A DNA stretch of 63,265 bases, filler included, from Chrysochromulina tobinii (taxonomy: Eukaryota): the NCBI GenBank assembly GCA_001275005.1. It is 11 parts of 11 records of this genome, joined end to end, with 100 filler letters (N's around TTAATTAATTAA, not from the genome) between each part and the next. Parts side by side here need not be neighbours in the genome. Positions count along the whole stretch, not along the records: positions 1 to 13,168 come from JWZX01000432.1; positions 13,269 to 29,961 come from JWZX01000433.1; 9 more parts are not named here. One strand, written 5' to 3'. Shown here in pieces: positions 12,855-25,410 of this stretch. The position numbers and the translations under genes are program-made. Below the pieces are notes generated by a model. It made no database searches and was not told the DNA's origin. It saw nothing but the letters and a program-made list of their open reading frames with translations. The first letter of the stretch is position 1. Every line of letters begins with the position of its first letter.

Positions 12855-13268
12855 ATCCTGCACGTTTTATCCGGATATATTTGGCGGCTCGCTTAGTGGC
12901 TCCTTTGAGCAGCTCACACGAGTTTGTTTTTTATTTTAGGTTGCGAGTCGTTCTCGGACGTGACGTGACGTCTCGTTAAGGGATTGAATGTTTAGAATGC
13001 CGCGGGAGCTCGCCATGGCGCGAGTGGGTTCACGGAAAAACCGCCCTTCATGCGAGTCGGTTTAAACCGGGTCCGGGACGCGCAGCATAACTGTGAAAGG
13101 CTTTTCTCGCACTTTTCGTCTCGTGGCGACACCTCGACTGGTGCCACCGCTTTTTTGTTTGAGCGTTCNNNNNNNNNNNNNNNNNNNNNNNNNNNNNNNN
13201 NNNNNNNNNNNNTTAATTAATTAANNNNNNNNNNNNNNNNNNNNNNNNNNNNNNNNNNNNNNNNNNNN

Positions 13269-13597
13269 AGGGAGGGAGGGAGGGGAAGGGAGCACGCGCG
13301 CGGCGCGCGCGTGCGCGCGCGAGAAAGTAAGAGATTCGGGAAGGAAAGGGAGCACGCGCGCGCGAGAGAGAGTGATGCGCGCGCGTCAAGGGGGGGGACA
13401 GGCGCGACCCCTGTGAGTCGGCCGCAGCGCACCGCATGGCAACGCTCGGCATCGGCCCCCGCACTGCCATCCCCATGCCCGATAGGAACTGGTTCTCCGC
13501 GTGCGTATCCACGAGCTTTGAAGGCGTGGCGGGGGCGCTCTGGCCGACGTCAGCGTCTATCGAGGTGCGGTTACGGGGCGTTGGTGGCGGTGGTGGC

Positions 13598-13634
<37 letters not shown>

Positions 13635-14190
13635 CGCCGCCGGGCGAACCCAGAGGGGGTGGTGCGAGGGGCGGCGGCGCGAGGGGAGGCGGCACGAGAG
13701 GCGGAGGTGCGAGGCGTGGTGGTGCGAGGGCAGGCGGCGCGAGGGGAGGCGGAGCTAGCGGCGGCGGCAACAGTGGAGGTGGCACGAGCGGCGGCGGCGC
13801 GAGTGGTGGAGGGGCGAGCTGTGGAGGTGATTGGGGAGCCACCGCGGCCTCTGCACCAGCATCATCATCTTCCGCGGTCGAAAGCTCCGGTCCAGATCTA
13901 AAGAGTTCGGATCGTGTTCCAGTGTACTTGACTCCACCGTGGACTTGCGATACACTGAGGGATGCCCGACGATGGTCGGACGGCTTAACGTTCTCTTCGC
14001 TGGAGACCGACACTGACGGCTGCATGCTCTCAAGCTTCTCGAGCTTCGAGCGCAGCAGCTTGATCTCAGCTCGGGCTAAGTCCAGCTGGACCTGCAGAGA
14101 AGGGCTCGACTTGCGCGACGACAAGCCACCGAAGACTCGGGTGAGGCTGTAGCTGCGCCGTGGCCTTGGGGCACTCTCATCCGTGGGCAT
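13269..14190 (-). CDS. Coiled-coil plus polyproline (FH1-like) protein, 3'-truncated by the contig end
   Basis: ATG at 14190, short coiled coil, (LAPPP)n and poly-P tract; probable GTGCGC donor near 13432; no FH2 domain visible. Confidence 0.5.
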
Positions 14191-14923
14191 CTTCGCGCCT
14201 CGGTCGAAACAAAAAGCGAGTGCGGATCAACGTCTCGGAGCGTGCACCAGCTCGATCGCTGCAAAAGGGTCGCGCCGCCGTCGCAATTCACCAATTAGGC
14301 ATGCAAATTAGGCATCTTTGGCCACGTGGCATGACTGCAAGCAAGCAAGGAAGTAAGGAAGCCCTCTCCGCCCACCCTTTCCTACCCCGTTGGCTATAAG
14401 GGTATTCGTTTGCGCTGGTTTAGGTACTTGTGTGTCTCGACCAAGGAGCTTGCTTGCATGACTGCAGAGGTGCTTCAAGGGTATTCAAAGGGAACTGGCC
14501 GTGTCGATCATTCGACTTCAGCGCACGCTCGAAATGTTTTTTTCACAGACTTTTACACTGTCGACTCAATCGGAGACTATCACTATGTCGTCCGAGAACC
14601 ACACACGTGTGAGGAGACTGGTGGAAGAGACTGACATGAAGAGCGGAGACTCGACTCGCCCGCGCCCCACACGCGGCGGACTGCGCCGCTCACGGGTTGT
14701 CGTCCGCGGTCCCGGGTCACACGCACACACTCACACAGCTCAGCAGGCAGCCAGGCACCCCCGGACGACTCGACTTGGCAGTTGCATGGCATCGCGCCCT
14801 GGCATGGCGCCCGGGGCCCGGCTACCCTCACGTACGCCGCGCCGTTACCACACGCGCTCTCGCGCCCAAACTCGCTCGCACACCCCACCCGCTGCGCCAC
14901 GTGCACCCCCCCTTTTATAGGCA

Positions 14924-16145
14924 TCAGCGGCCCCGCCTGTAGGAGTCTTCAATCTTGCGCTTGCTCACAACCGTCCCAGCCTTGGTGTGCAGCTTGTACG
15001 TGCACTCCTCCATCAGGAATCGGCCGCGCTGGTAGTCTTCAAAGGCCTGCATGAGCAAGCATGGTTGCAGGCATGATTGCATGCATTGGGCCGGTGACGA
15101 TCAAATTCAATCTGACGCAATCAGAGGCACTCAGGGAAGGCATCACGGGAGCCCTCAGCCGTCCTCACCTGCATGATCTGGGCCTTGGTCGACATGACAA
15201 ACGGGCCGTGCTGCACGATGGGCTCCTTGAGTGGAGTGCCCGCAAGGAGCACAAACATGAGGCTGCTGCCACGGTCCGCCCGGATCGCCACGTCGCCGGT
15301 GGCGCCGAAGCGGAGCACCTCGCCCTTCTGTGCCACGACGGCGCTCGAGCCGAAGCTGCCCGCGCCCTCGTACACGTACCTGTGTTTCACAGGCCATCGG
15401 TGTGATTCACAGGCCGTCGGAGCGATTCGAGAGCCACTCAGTAGTACTCCAGAGTCCACCCAGGAGGCAATCAGATGCAATCGGTAGCACTCCAAAGTCG
15501 ATCCAGCGGCAATCTGCGGCAATCAGCGTACACGAAGAGGGTGCTCATGCCGGCCGCACGGGGGTGCACCACCTCAGCGCCCGGCTCGAGCATGTAGTCG
15601 ACATACTGGCAGTGGATGCCCTGCGAGTCCACGGGCGACGTCTGCCCTTGCAGCTCGCCGACCAGCAGCTTGGCTTTCGCCTTCGGTGCCACGTCGATGA
15701 GTGGGAGAGCGTCGGACCTCGCGTTCTGGAACTCGGGCGGGTCGAGTTTGTTCTCGCTCCGCAGGTTGATCCAGAGCTGGAACCCTTGCACGGGGCCATC
15801 ATACGTCGCATCGAACTTCATCCCGTGCTCAATGCCGCTTCCGCACTTGCCCCACTGGAGCTGCCCCTCTGCGAAGACCGCATCCTCGCCCGCAGCCTGC
15901 ATGTTCCACGGATCAGTCGCGAGCCAGCGGCCCTGCTTGAGGTACGGGACTTCGTTGAATCCACGGTGCGGGTGCATGCCAAACTGGGGCATGGACTTCA
16001 TGGGCGCCGGCCCAAAGTGGTGCAGCATGAGGAAGGGGTCTTGCTGCTCGTTCGAAAACTTGTCAAAACAGTCGGTCACGAGGATCTTGCCGGTGCCAAA
16101 AGGGTCCGTCTTGCCAGGACTGGCCTTCTTCTCGACGGTGGCCAT
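14924..16145 (-). CDS. PIR: Pirin-family bicupin, 3 exons (16145-15532, 15379-15169, 15046-14924), about 315 aa
   Basis: DPFLML, HPHRG, LQW...GIEH, GFQLWINL, EPIVQHGPFVM and AFEDYQRG; both GT-AG introns join in frame. Confidence 0.92.
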
Positions 16146-16624
16146 GGCCAAAGGTCGTTGTAAGGGCTGGGGCTGAGCCTTGAGCCTACGGGACAGCTCG
16201 AAGGGGTTGATTTTAAAGAGTGACTCCGCACGCACCCCGACCCGGTGGGGTGGGTGAGCGCCCGGAGGTGTCGGAGGTCTTCGGCAAGGACCTTCACATT
16301 CACGGTCCACGCCCGAGGTTTCGTCACTTGGTCCACGGGGTCATCTATTTAGATCTGGATGGGGGGCTCGCCACCGGGGGCGTGCTTACGTGGTGCGGCC
16401 ATGCGTCGAGCCGTTTCTGCGTGTGGGATCCTTCATACCACGCCACACCATGTTCTTGTGGTTACGTTGTGCTCGCGCAAGTCGTACGCAATTGGTCGTA
16501 CGGCCGCGGGCGCCACAGAGCGTCACATAGTGCAATGTAGATACTTTTCCGTGCTTATCCATACAAACAAAGCACTTTGCACACTTACTGGCACACACTG
16601 AATATGCCCCGGAGCCGGACGCTC

Positions 16625-16701
16625 GGAGCGGAGCCGTCCCTTGAGACGGTGGTGTGGTGAGCGCGGGGGGACCGCGACGAAACTGACTGACTGACTGGAG
16701 C
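16625..16701 (+). repeat. About 75-bp dispersed repeat with short ACTG(A) tail; second copy at 43928-44002
   Basis: GGAGCGGAGCCGTCC..GAGACGGTGGTG..GTGAGCG..GGGGACCGCGACGAAACTGA..CTGGAGC is present on two different contigs. Confidence 0.8.
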
Positions 16702-16715
16702 TTACGCATGGGCCA

Positions 16716-18597
16716 CTAGGATACATGTAGTTGCCCGGTCGAATCATCCCCTTCCTTGCGAAGCTCATAGTCGTTCAGCTGGTGCTTGCCTGCGTCGATG
16801 TGGTGGTCATGAAAGTCGGCAGCGACGGAGAGGTTGGGAGCGGAGCTTGCAGAGGAGCACCTCCACGGCTGCTCATGCACGATCGTACCGTCTGGGCGGG
16901 AAGAGCGTTCCGTTTCGGAGGAATGATGGACGAAACGACCGCTCATCTCGACGCTCACGGTAACGCCGCCACCGCCGCCACCGCCGCCGCCGCTGCCGCT
17001 GGGTATGGAGGTCGCGGCCGCAGCGACGCTGCCGCCCGCGTGTGGCTCGTCTGCGGAGACCGTGCTCACGGACATGTTGCGGAGCCAGTTGTTGACGTCT
17101 TTGCGCCGCAGCTCGACTTCTCTGCGCCTGCGCCTCGTCCACCAGCAGACCAGCGCTAGGCAGCACAGCAGCCCAACAATTGCCGAGAGCACGCCGATGA
17201 TGAGGATGGTGATGTTGTCGCCATCGGCGCTGTTCAGCGCGCACGGCGGCCGTTGCGGGTGCGGCGATGGCGAGCAAGTTGAGACTGGGCCTGAGACGTC
17301 GGTCAGGGTCGTTGAGGAGCAGACAGTACCTCCTGGGGAGCAGACAGTGACTCTGGGGGGGCACTGTCTGTCGACATATAAATTGCCCCCAGAGGAAGCT
17401 TGGTTGGAATACACTTGGGAGTCGATGATTGAGACTGTGCCTCCATTGACACAAACACCGCCGCCAACGGAAGCTCCATTTTCACGTATGGTGCACGATG
17501 AGATTGCCAATGTGCCTCCCGAGATGAAGACGCCGCCGCCAGAGGAAGCTCCATTTCCATAGATCGAGGAACACGTGATCGTGACTGCGCCAGAGGAGAC
17601 ATAGACACCGCCGCCCGAATATGGAGCTGTGTTCCCACTGATGGAGCACGATGAGATGGCCACGGTGCCACCCTGGACGAAGACACCGCCGCCACTCGCA
17701 TAGGTAGCTGCATTTCCATAGATCGATGACGACGAAATGGTGACTGTGCCTCCCCAGACAGCAATACCACCGCCACCCACTCCATCCGTAGTGCATCCTG
17801 CAGCATTACAACTAAATCCAGAGACGTAGCCTCCCGTGATGCTGAGCCCGATCACTTGCACGACGCCCAAAGGACCCGGGTTGATGTTCACTACACGACG
17901 CTGACTCGAATAGCTCGCCTGTGCGTTCAGGACGACCGAGCCTGCCACCGCCGCCTCGAGGACGACGCTCCTGGTGATGTTGAGCTCAGCGCTGAGGGCG
18001 TAACGGCCGGGGGCAAGGACAATGTGGCCGACGGCTGTGTTAGCGAGTGCACTGGTCAGGTCGACGGTGTTGCTCACCGACGCAGTCCCCGCCGTAAGAG
18101 GATACGGCAGTAGCGACGGCGGCGGCAATGGTGAAGGCGGAGGCGGTGGTGGGACGTCCGCAACGGTGGGTGGCGTCACGATTGCAAGTACGGCGATCGG
18201 GATGCCGGTGACACTTGCGAGCATGGCGGTCGCGCTGCTCGGGCTGCTCGTCGCGCTGGCCATCGCCGACCGCACCGAGGCCGCCGCTGCTGTGGTCGTC
18301 TGGATGCTCACGCCGACGATGACGCTGCCCGGCGATATGGTCAACCCCACCGCCGATGGGTCAACCCTTGCCTGAGCCGCGATCGCGCTACTGATCTCGG
18401 CTTGCACGCTCGGGGTGAACGAGGTGACGTCGCCGGCGAGCTCGAGGGTGAATCCGACGACGCTCATCGCCGGCGGCGAGGGCGGCGGCGGCGAGGGCGA
18501 GGGTGGCGGCGAGGGCGAGGGCGGCGGCGAGGGCGAGGGCGGCGGCGGCGGCGAGGGCGAGGGCGGCGGCGGTGAGGGCGAGGGTGGCGGCGGCGAG

Positions 18598-18628
<31 letters not shown>

Positions 18629-21620
18629 ACGGTGGCGACGGCGGCGACGGCGGCGGGGGGCAGGTGAAGCTGGCGTTGACAAAGCCTCGACGGTTGGGCA
18701 GGTTGAAGAACGACCAGCCATCGAGCCAGTTGACGCTGCCGAACGCGCCCTTGTACGTGGTCGCGCTGAAGAAGGCGTCACCGTTCGGCACCGGGTCGAC
18801 GTTCGAGTACGCGGCCGAGCCGCATGCGGGGCGCGGGTCGATCGGAACCATGCTGGTCTCGGTGAACGTGCCTCCTGAGATGAGCGGATCCGCGTTGACG
18901 AAGGCCGGCGCCGTGCCAGTGCATGGCGGCACAATTTGGAAGCCGGCGGTGGGGCTCTGGATGATGTTGTTCGACGAGAAGAACAGGTACGTACCCAGCG
19001 ACGTCGTCGACGCCGGCAGCACCGACTCAATAGTGGGCGCGGTGCTGCCGCCGCTGCTGCAGGTATCGATGCGGATGCCAGGGTGCGTCGCGACATTGGC
19101 GAGGATCATGTTGCCGAACTTGCCGCCCGTGCCCTCGCGCAGGCGCATCATCGCGTTGCCCGGGCGCGTCGAGAGGGCGCCGGCGCCCACGATGGTCATG
19201 CCGTAAAAGGCCGGGTGCGAGCGTGGCAAGCTCCCGTACCTCGAGTCCATCTCCGCGCCGTGGTTGCCCACAGCGCCGAGCAGTGCGAACAGGAACTGGC
19301 CCTTGCCCACGTAGCCATCGTCCGTGTCGAAGGCGTCGTCGCCCGCGAAGAGCACCGACAGGTACTTGACGTTCACCGTGCCGCCGAAGAACTCGAAGCC
19401 GTCGTCCGCATTGTACGCCACCTCGCAGTACGCGACGGTCGTGTTGGAGCCGACGCCGCCGAAGGTGATGCCGTTGATCTCGTTGTTCGCGCCCACGATC
19501 GCGCCGCCGTGCCACACGCGCACGTACTGCAGAGAGCCCGAGTTGTCGGTCGGGTTGATGCCGCCGTACGTGTAGCCGCTGATGCCCTCGATTTCGGTGG
19601 TGGTCGGCATGTTGGTCGGCGCGTTGCCGAGCAGGATGAGGCCGCCCCACTTGCCGCGCTCGCCGAGCGTGATGGCGTTCTCATTCGAGTCCGTGGAGGC
19701 GGTAGCCGAGCTCACGAGCGCCGACTCTGCAAGCACGGACGTGAACGTGATCGGCATCGTCGCCGTGCCCGTCGCAACGAGCGCGCCGCCCTTCAAGACC
19801 ACGAGCGCCGGAGCGGCGACGCCGGTGGGCACGGGCAGCGCAAAGATGGAGGTTCCAGGCGCGATCGTGAGCGTGACACCCGAGGGCACGAAGAGCTGCG
19901 TGGCCATCAGGTACGAAGTGCTCGAAACGAGGCCCGTGCTGGTAGAAAGGGTGCCGCCGAGCATGGTCGTATTCGATGCAAGCGTCGCGAACGGCGAGGG
20001 CGGAATGGCGGTGCACGTGCGGCCAGCCATGTTGCCGCTGCACGCGAGCCACGAGTAGCCGGCGAGCCAGTTGTCCGTCGCGGAGCCGAACGCGCCCTTG
20101 CAGCTCACCGCCGAGAAGAAGGTGTCGCCGTTGGGGGGTGCGTCCTTGGTGCCCGAGCACGCGAGGCCGGTGGCGGACGGCAGAGGGTTGAAGGTGGCGG
20201 AGCCCTCCGCGAGGTCAGTGGGGGCGACCGCAGCGAAGCCGGGGGCGCCAGAAACCGCCGTCCATGTGTTCGCGGGATTGCAGGCGGAAGTGGTGCCGGT
20301 GTGCAGAGCGAACTGCGACGCAGGCTCCGTTGTGTCGATGATGTTGTTGGTCGAGAAGTAGAAGTAGCCGGGGTTCGAAATGCTGACCGAGGCCGCCGGC
20401 AGCGTCTGCGTGTAGCTCAGCGTCGAGCCGCAGTCCTCGAAGAGGAGGCCGTTGCCGTGCGGGTAGGCGAGGATGCCGTTGCCAAACTTGCCACCCGTGC
20501 CGTCGTTGACGTGGATCAGCTCGCCCGTGCGCGCGCCCGCTCCGGTGCCTCCGCCGATCAAGGTGAACGAGTAGAAGGCCGGGTGCGAGCGCGGGGATAC
20601 GTCCTGAGTCACGTTGTTGCCCGAGTCCATCTCCATCGCGTGGTCGCCACTCAGGCCCTCCATGACGAACAGGAACTGGCCCTTGCCAATGTAGCCCTGG
20701 TCCGTGTCGAGGGCGTCGTCGCCCACGAAGAGCACCGACAGGTACTTGACGTTCACCGTGCCGCCGAAGAACTCGAAGCCGTCGTCGAGGTTGAAGGCCA
20801 CCTCGCAGTGGTCGACGACGGTGCCGGAGCCGACGCCGCCGAAGGTGATGCCGTTGATCTCATTGTTCGCGCCCACGACCGCGCCGCCGTGCCACACGCG
20901 CACGTACTGCAGGGAGCCCGACGAGTCGGTCGGGTTGGTGCCGCCGTACGTCTTCGCGGTGATGCCCTCGATCTGCGTGGTGGTCGCCACGTTGGTCGGC
21001 GCGCTGCCGAGGAGGATGAGCCCGCCCCACTTGCCGCGCGTCTCGAGCACGGTATCCGCGCTGGTAGAGTCAGTCGACACCGAAGACGACGACGACACGG
21101 TGGGGTTGAAGGCAGTGAAGGTGATCGGTGAAATAGAAGTGCCAGGTGCGGAGATCCGTCCACCCTTCTCGACGATGAGCGCTGGAGCGCCACCGCTCAG
21201 TGAGGCGGGTGAAGCGAAGATGGTGGTGCCTGGCTCGATGGTGAGCGTCTTGCCAGACGCGACGAATACCTGGTCCGTCAGAACGTATTTGTATGCTGCG
21301 AACTGCGGATCGAGGTCGGCGAATGGCAGCACAAATCAGCACGGTGGCAGTGTCCTTTTGGAAACGTGTTTGAAGGATCCGGTGCGTGCGTACCCAGGTT
21401 TGCGAGTTGATGTTGCCACTGACGTGGATCATGTCCTCGAAGGCTTGTGCGTGAGCCGTCGCCACGGACAACTGCGCGTAGCAATGGGGGCACAGAAAGG
21501 GAGGGTCCCATCAAGACATCACACGGCGCTTGACCAGCCAGGGTTTTCAGGGCTTCAGGATGTCGGGGCTCCCGTTGATCTCCGCAAGAGGCACACCGCG
21601 AGGAGCGTTGTGCGCAGCAT
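16716..21620 (-). CDS. Large type-I membrane surface protein (about 1560 aa): signal peptide, two bacterial-lipoprotein-like beta-helix domains, SPPP linker, GG-rich beta-helix, TM helix
   Basis: Introns 21472-21596 and 21303-21393 give MLRTTLLA|LSVATAHAQA..QTW|FAAYKY. Duplicated motifs GKWGGLILLG, NEINGITFGGVG and DDGFEFFGGTVNVKYL. TM ITILIIGVLSAIVGLLCCLALVCWW followed by RRRRR. Confidence 0.85.
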
Positions 21621-22402
21621 GCTGCGCATCCGAAACGCTTTCGGCTCGACTGTGCTCCCTGTGCTCCTGCGACGCGTCGAGGAGGCAAGCGAAAGCGAAG
21701 AGAGCGCGACCGCGGAGACCCGCCGAAAAGACAAACGCCGACGGCACCGCGTAACTTCAAGTTCTGCCGCGTAATAGTTTCGTTACAGATTTCGTCACTT
21801 ACTGGGAATCTGCGGCCGTCGGCGCCTCAAACGGAGCGTCACCGAACTCCTTCCCCACAAGATTTCACATGATTTCAACGGCATTCAAGTCTAACTACAA
21901 AAGTAAGCGTTCCTGGGTGCCTGCGTGGCTCCGAAGGACGAAGGACCGAAGAGGCGTCAGCCGCCGACCGCGCGCGCGTACCGACCGCGCGCGCGGCATC
22001 GGTGCCCGCGAAGCCCCTCGGCGCCTTACGCCGCCTCGGCCGGGTGTAGGTCAAGTGTAGGTAGACTAGGGGTGCCGGGGCGGGCCGGGCCGGGGGCGGA
22101 ACCGCCAACCGGGGGCGGGGCGGGTTTTTGCGTGATTGCGTCACCGTCCGCGCGCGCGCTCCGACCTCGGGGGGAAACGGGGGGATTGGAGGGGCCGGGA
22201 CCGATTACAATGTAATTGGGGGTTAATGTTATGTAATTGGGGGTTACTTAACTATGGTATACGCAAGATGTTATACGCGTAACGCTATAACAGCCTTAAC
22301 GGCGCGAGTCCCGAGGCGCGGCGGGTACTCCCATGTGCCACCTCAATGCGTCGGGTGAGAGGCTCTTGACCTCTTGTTCGACTGCGGGCACGCCCTGCAC
22401 CA

Positions 22403-23212
22403 TCATTCGTCAAACCTGCCATCCATGCCGCCCACGGCCGTCTCCTTGCGAGGCGAACAGAGGCTCGTCGCTGCCACCGACGCTGCGAGCACGCCCGCGA
22501 CCAGCACGACACCTCCGACGCATGGCAGCGCGACGATGCATGCACCACTGACGCCGCCGAGGCCGTCGACGCGGTGGAGGAGCGTGGCGGCCGAGGCGAG
22601 CCAATGGAGGACGAGCATCGTACAAAGCAGGCCAGTCGCGCGGCGCGGGTACGCGGCCGTCCATCCGATCAGCCCGAGCAGCACGTGCAGCAATCCGAAT
22701 CCGAGGCACTGCAGCGCGTCGACCGCAAACGTCGAGAGCACTGAGCAGCTGGGCGTGTAGAGGGTGCCAGGCAAGAGCGCGCCGCCGAGCACGTCGCCGT
22801 ACATGACGAGCGTCTGCATCAGGCCGGTGCCGATCGCGCTCGCGATGGCCGCCGGGACAAGCGATGCACCGAGCGGCCGGCCCGCGGGCGGCGTCGGCTG
22901 CAGCCCGATGGCACGCAGGCCGTGAATGAGCCGCGCGTAGAGCACGTACGTGGCCCAACGGCTAAGTTCCTGCAAAATGCCACCATAAAGCACGAGCAGC
23001 CACAGCTCGTCGCGAAATGGCACGAGCGCCCACCAGATGATTGCGATGACGAGGATGGCACACAGCCACACGAAGGCGGCGCCGATGGTGAGGATGACGA
23101 GCTCAGGCTGCTTGGCGACGACGGTGACGATGAGCACTGCATACGGCGCGAACGCAGCCGCGAGCACGCCCGAGAAGGAGAGCACGGAGGCGGAAGACGC
23201 CCGAGAGGGCAT
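22403..23212 (-). CDS. APH1: Gamma-secretase subunit Aph-1
   Basis: About 7 TM segments; AFAP..P..VIL.I.AAF.WL, LQE.SRW, PGT, and the two conserved His (LLHV, VLHW). Confidence 0.85.
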   Translation of the reverse strand: MPSRASSASVLSFSGVLAAAFAPYAVLIVTVVAKQPELVILTIGAAFVWLCAILVIAIIWWALVPFRDELWLLVLYGGILQELSRWATYVLYARLIHGLRAIGLQPTPPAGRPLGASLVPAAIASAIGTGLMQTLVMYGDVLGGALLPGTLYTPSCSVLSTFAVDALQCLGFGLLHVLLGLIGWTAAYPRRATGLLCTMLVLHWLASAATLLHRVDGLGGVSGACIVALPCVGGVVLVAGVLAASVAATSLCSPRKETAVGGMDGRFDE

Positions 23213-23588
23213 TGCACCTCGGCTGCGGAAAACCACAACAAGTCAAGTCAAGTCAAGGTCAAGTCAACTTGCCTGTTTTCCCGGGATTATTGGCGCACTG
23301 CGGAGTCTCTGCGGTTCAAAAACACCAACCGGTAAGATAGTGACCACGCAATTTGTGACCACCCCACGGAAAAGGAACTCCCAAGCAGGACACACACCAT
23401 CGCTGTCACGCTGTGGTGATCTTCTGCTCGTCGAGGAGACATCGGAAGACGCTGTCAGGCCCTGGCGTCACACTGTCGCATGGGCCGCCGTGGTCAGTCA
23501 CGACCTCTTCGAGGCTCTTCGAGGATGGATCGGAAGACCGGATCATCGCCGCCGTTGCTCCCTGCGCGGCATGCCGGCACACGTATAC

Positions 23589-24709
23589 TCACTTCTTGAG
23601 GACGTCTATCATGTCCTGGAAGCTAAGCACGAACCAGTCGGCGCCAGCCTTCACCTTTTCGCGCACGGCGATGCCGCCGAAGCCGATGAACGCATCTGCA
23701 CCACCCTCAATGTCGCGCGCCTCCATGTCTGTCGCGCCGTCCCCGATCATGACGACCGTCTTGTACCCGCGCTGTGCCTTCAGATCGGCGACCACCTGCA
23801 AACAAGACGCCATCGGGGCACCATGGCACACACTCAGACGGCACTCGGACAGCACTCGGACAGCACTCGGACAGCACTCGGACAGCACTCGGACAGATCT
23901 CGGACAGATCTCGGACAGCACTCGGACAGATCTCGGACAGATCTCGGACAGCGCACACACTCAGACGGCACTCGGACAGCACTCGGACATCGTCGCGCGG
24001 CCATACAAGGCACCAGCACCAGCAGCGGCACCGGCACCGATCGGGTCGGCGACCCACCTTTGCCTTGCCACCCGCACGCGAAGTCGGTTCGGAATCAAGG
24101 TGGCCTTTGAAGCTGCCGTCGGCGTTGAAGAGGAGCGTATTTGCGTAGATGTCCGTCTTCGCCACGTTGACCTGCGCCGCGATGGGCTCAATGAACTGAC
24201 GGAAGCCTGCGAGGGAAGCCGCGCCGTGGAAGCCTCTTGAGAATTGCGAGGCACGGGAAACATAGATATAGGGAGTTTTGCGTTTGCCGCCGCGGGCGAT
24301 TCGCGCACGCACCGCCCGACACAAAGTAGACGTGCTGGCCGCGTGAGTGCAACACCGCGATCAGGTCCGCAACGCCATCTGTGAGCTTCAGCGGCTCCTC
24401 GGCAAGCATACTCGTCACCTGCTGCTGCGAGGGCTTCATTGCGCTGAGGCGGAGCGCGAGGGCCTCGTGGAACGGCATCGAACCGCCCATCGCTTGCGCG
24501 GTCAGCGCCGCAACCTTGTCACCGCAGCCGAGGTAGGCGGCGAGGTCGTCGATGCCCTCGGACGTGACAACGGTGCTGTCGACGTCGAAGCAGACAGCCT
24601 GAGCAGTGCGTAGCGCGGTCTGCGCGTGCGCGACGCGCAGCCCGACGCTCGTGCTCATCGCGAGCGCGCCGCAGCGGAAGGCCGACGCTCTTTGGAACAA
24701 AACCTGCAT
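23589..24709 (-). CDS. PSPH: Phosphoserine phosphatase (HAD), 3 exons (24709-24313, 24206-24058, 23795-23589), about 250 aa
   Basis: CFDVDST, EGIDDLA, AMGG..F.EAL..RL, VSGG|FR, GGK and IGDGATD; introns splice in frame. Confidence 0.95.
23830..23990. repeat. Intronic minisatellite of CACTCGGACAG/GATCTCGGACA units
   Basis: Tandem 11-mers inside PSP intron 23796-24057. Confidence 0.9.
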
Positions 24710-25410
24710 TTCCTCACGTTCACGTTCTCGCGTCAACTCGAGTCAAGTCAAGTCAAGCTTCCGGAGCACATTCGATAGGCTTCCGTCTGGTTGTTTGTAG
24801 TTTATGTATAGACTTGACTTGATCTCGCAAGACGCACGACCACAGACAGGTCGTCAGGTCCCGTGGAGACACAACGTTGAGGGCACGGTGTGCGGCGCAC
24901 ACGCACACGCAGACACCAACACGCCGCACACAAACACAGATACCAGGAGATACCGGGAAGAACAGACACAAAAGAGGGCCCGGGCGAGAGACCGGGAGTG
25001 TCAACTAGGTGCATTTCCTCGGAGGCGCGCGACCCTGTGAAAGGGCAAAATGGGGAAGGGGGGAGGGCCTCCGTCGCGAGATGATTGTGAACGAGCTGAG
25101 TTCCGTGAAGGCCCGGCGGTGAGTATGTATTTATGTCGAAGTACGAAGACCGTCAATTTGTCTACAATGCACGCGACAAGGCGACATCGGACATGGGACA
25201 TCGGACACCGCACTCCGCTCGAGACCTACACCTCACACACGCAAGATGATGCGAGATGATAGCGAGATGATGATGCGTGCAAAGTTTCCCATGATTCATG
25301 AAGTTTACCGACCATCCACACACCGTGAGACTCCACGCACACTAACAATAAAGCTCTGTACACCTCAGCACTATATGCACCCACAAATCGTCTCCACCCC
25401 GGCGCTCTTT

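Noticed and set aside
13213..13224. TTAATTAATTAA motif recurring ten times
   Set aside because: Artificial six-frame-stop linker between N runs; not biological. ORFs ending in 'LIN' are artefacts.
13269..14190. Formin assignment
   Set aside because: Only polyproline is visible; FH2 is absent from the contig, so no gene name is given.
18936..21131. 731-aa plus-strand ORF and similar long antisense ORFs (e.g. 61688-63079, 23037-24110, 56244-57044)
   Set aside because: Stop-poor shadows of GC-rich or repetitive genes on the opposite strand; no motifs.
23830..23990. Tandem arrays (also 28255-28361, 45478-45654, 55919-56069) as CRISPR
   Set aside because: No unique spacers, units are too short or only duplicated, no cas genes, and the context is eukaryotic and often intronic.
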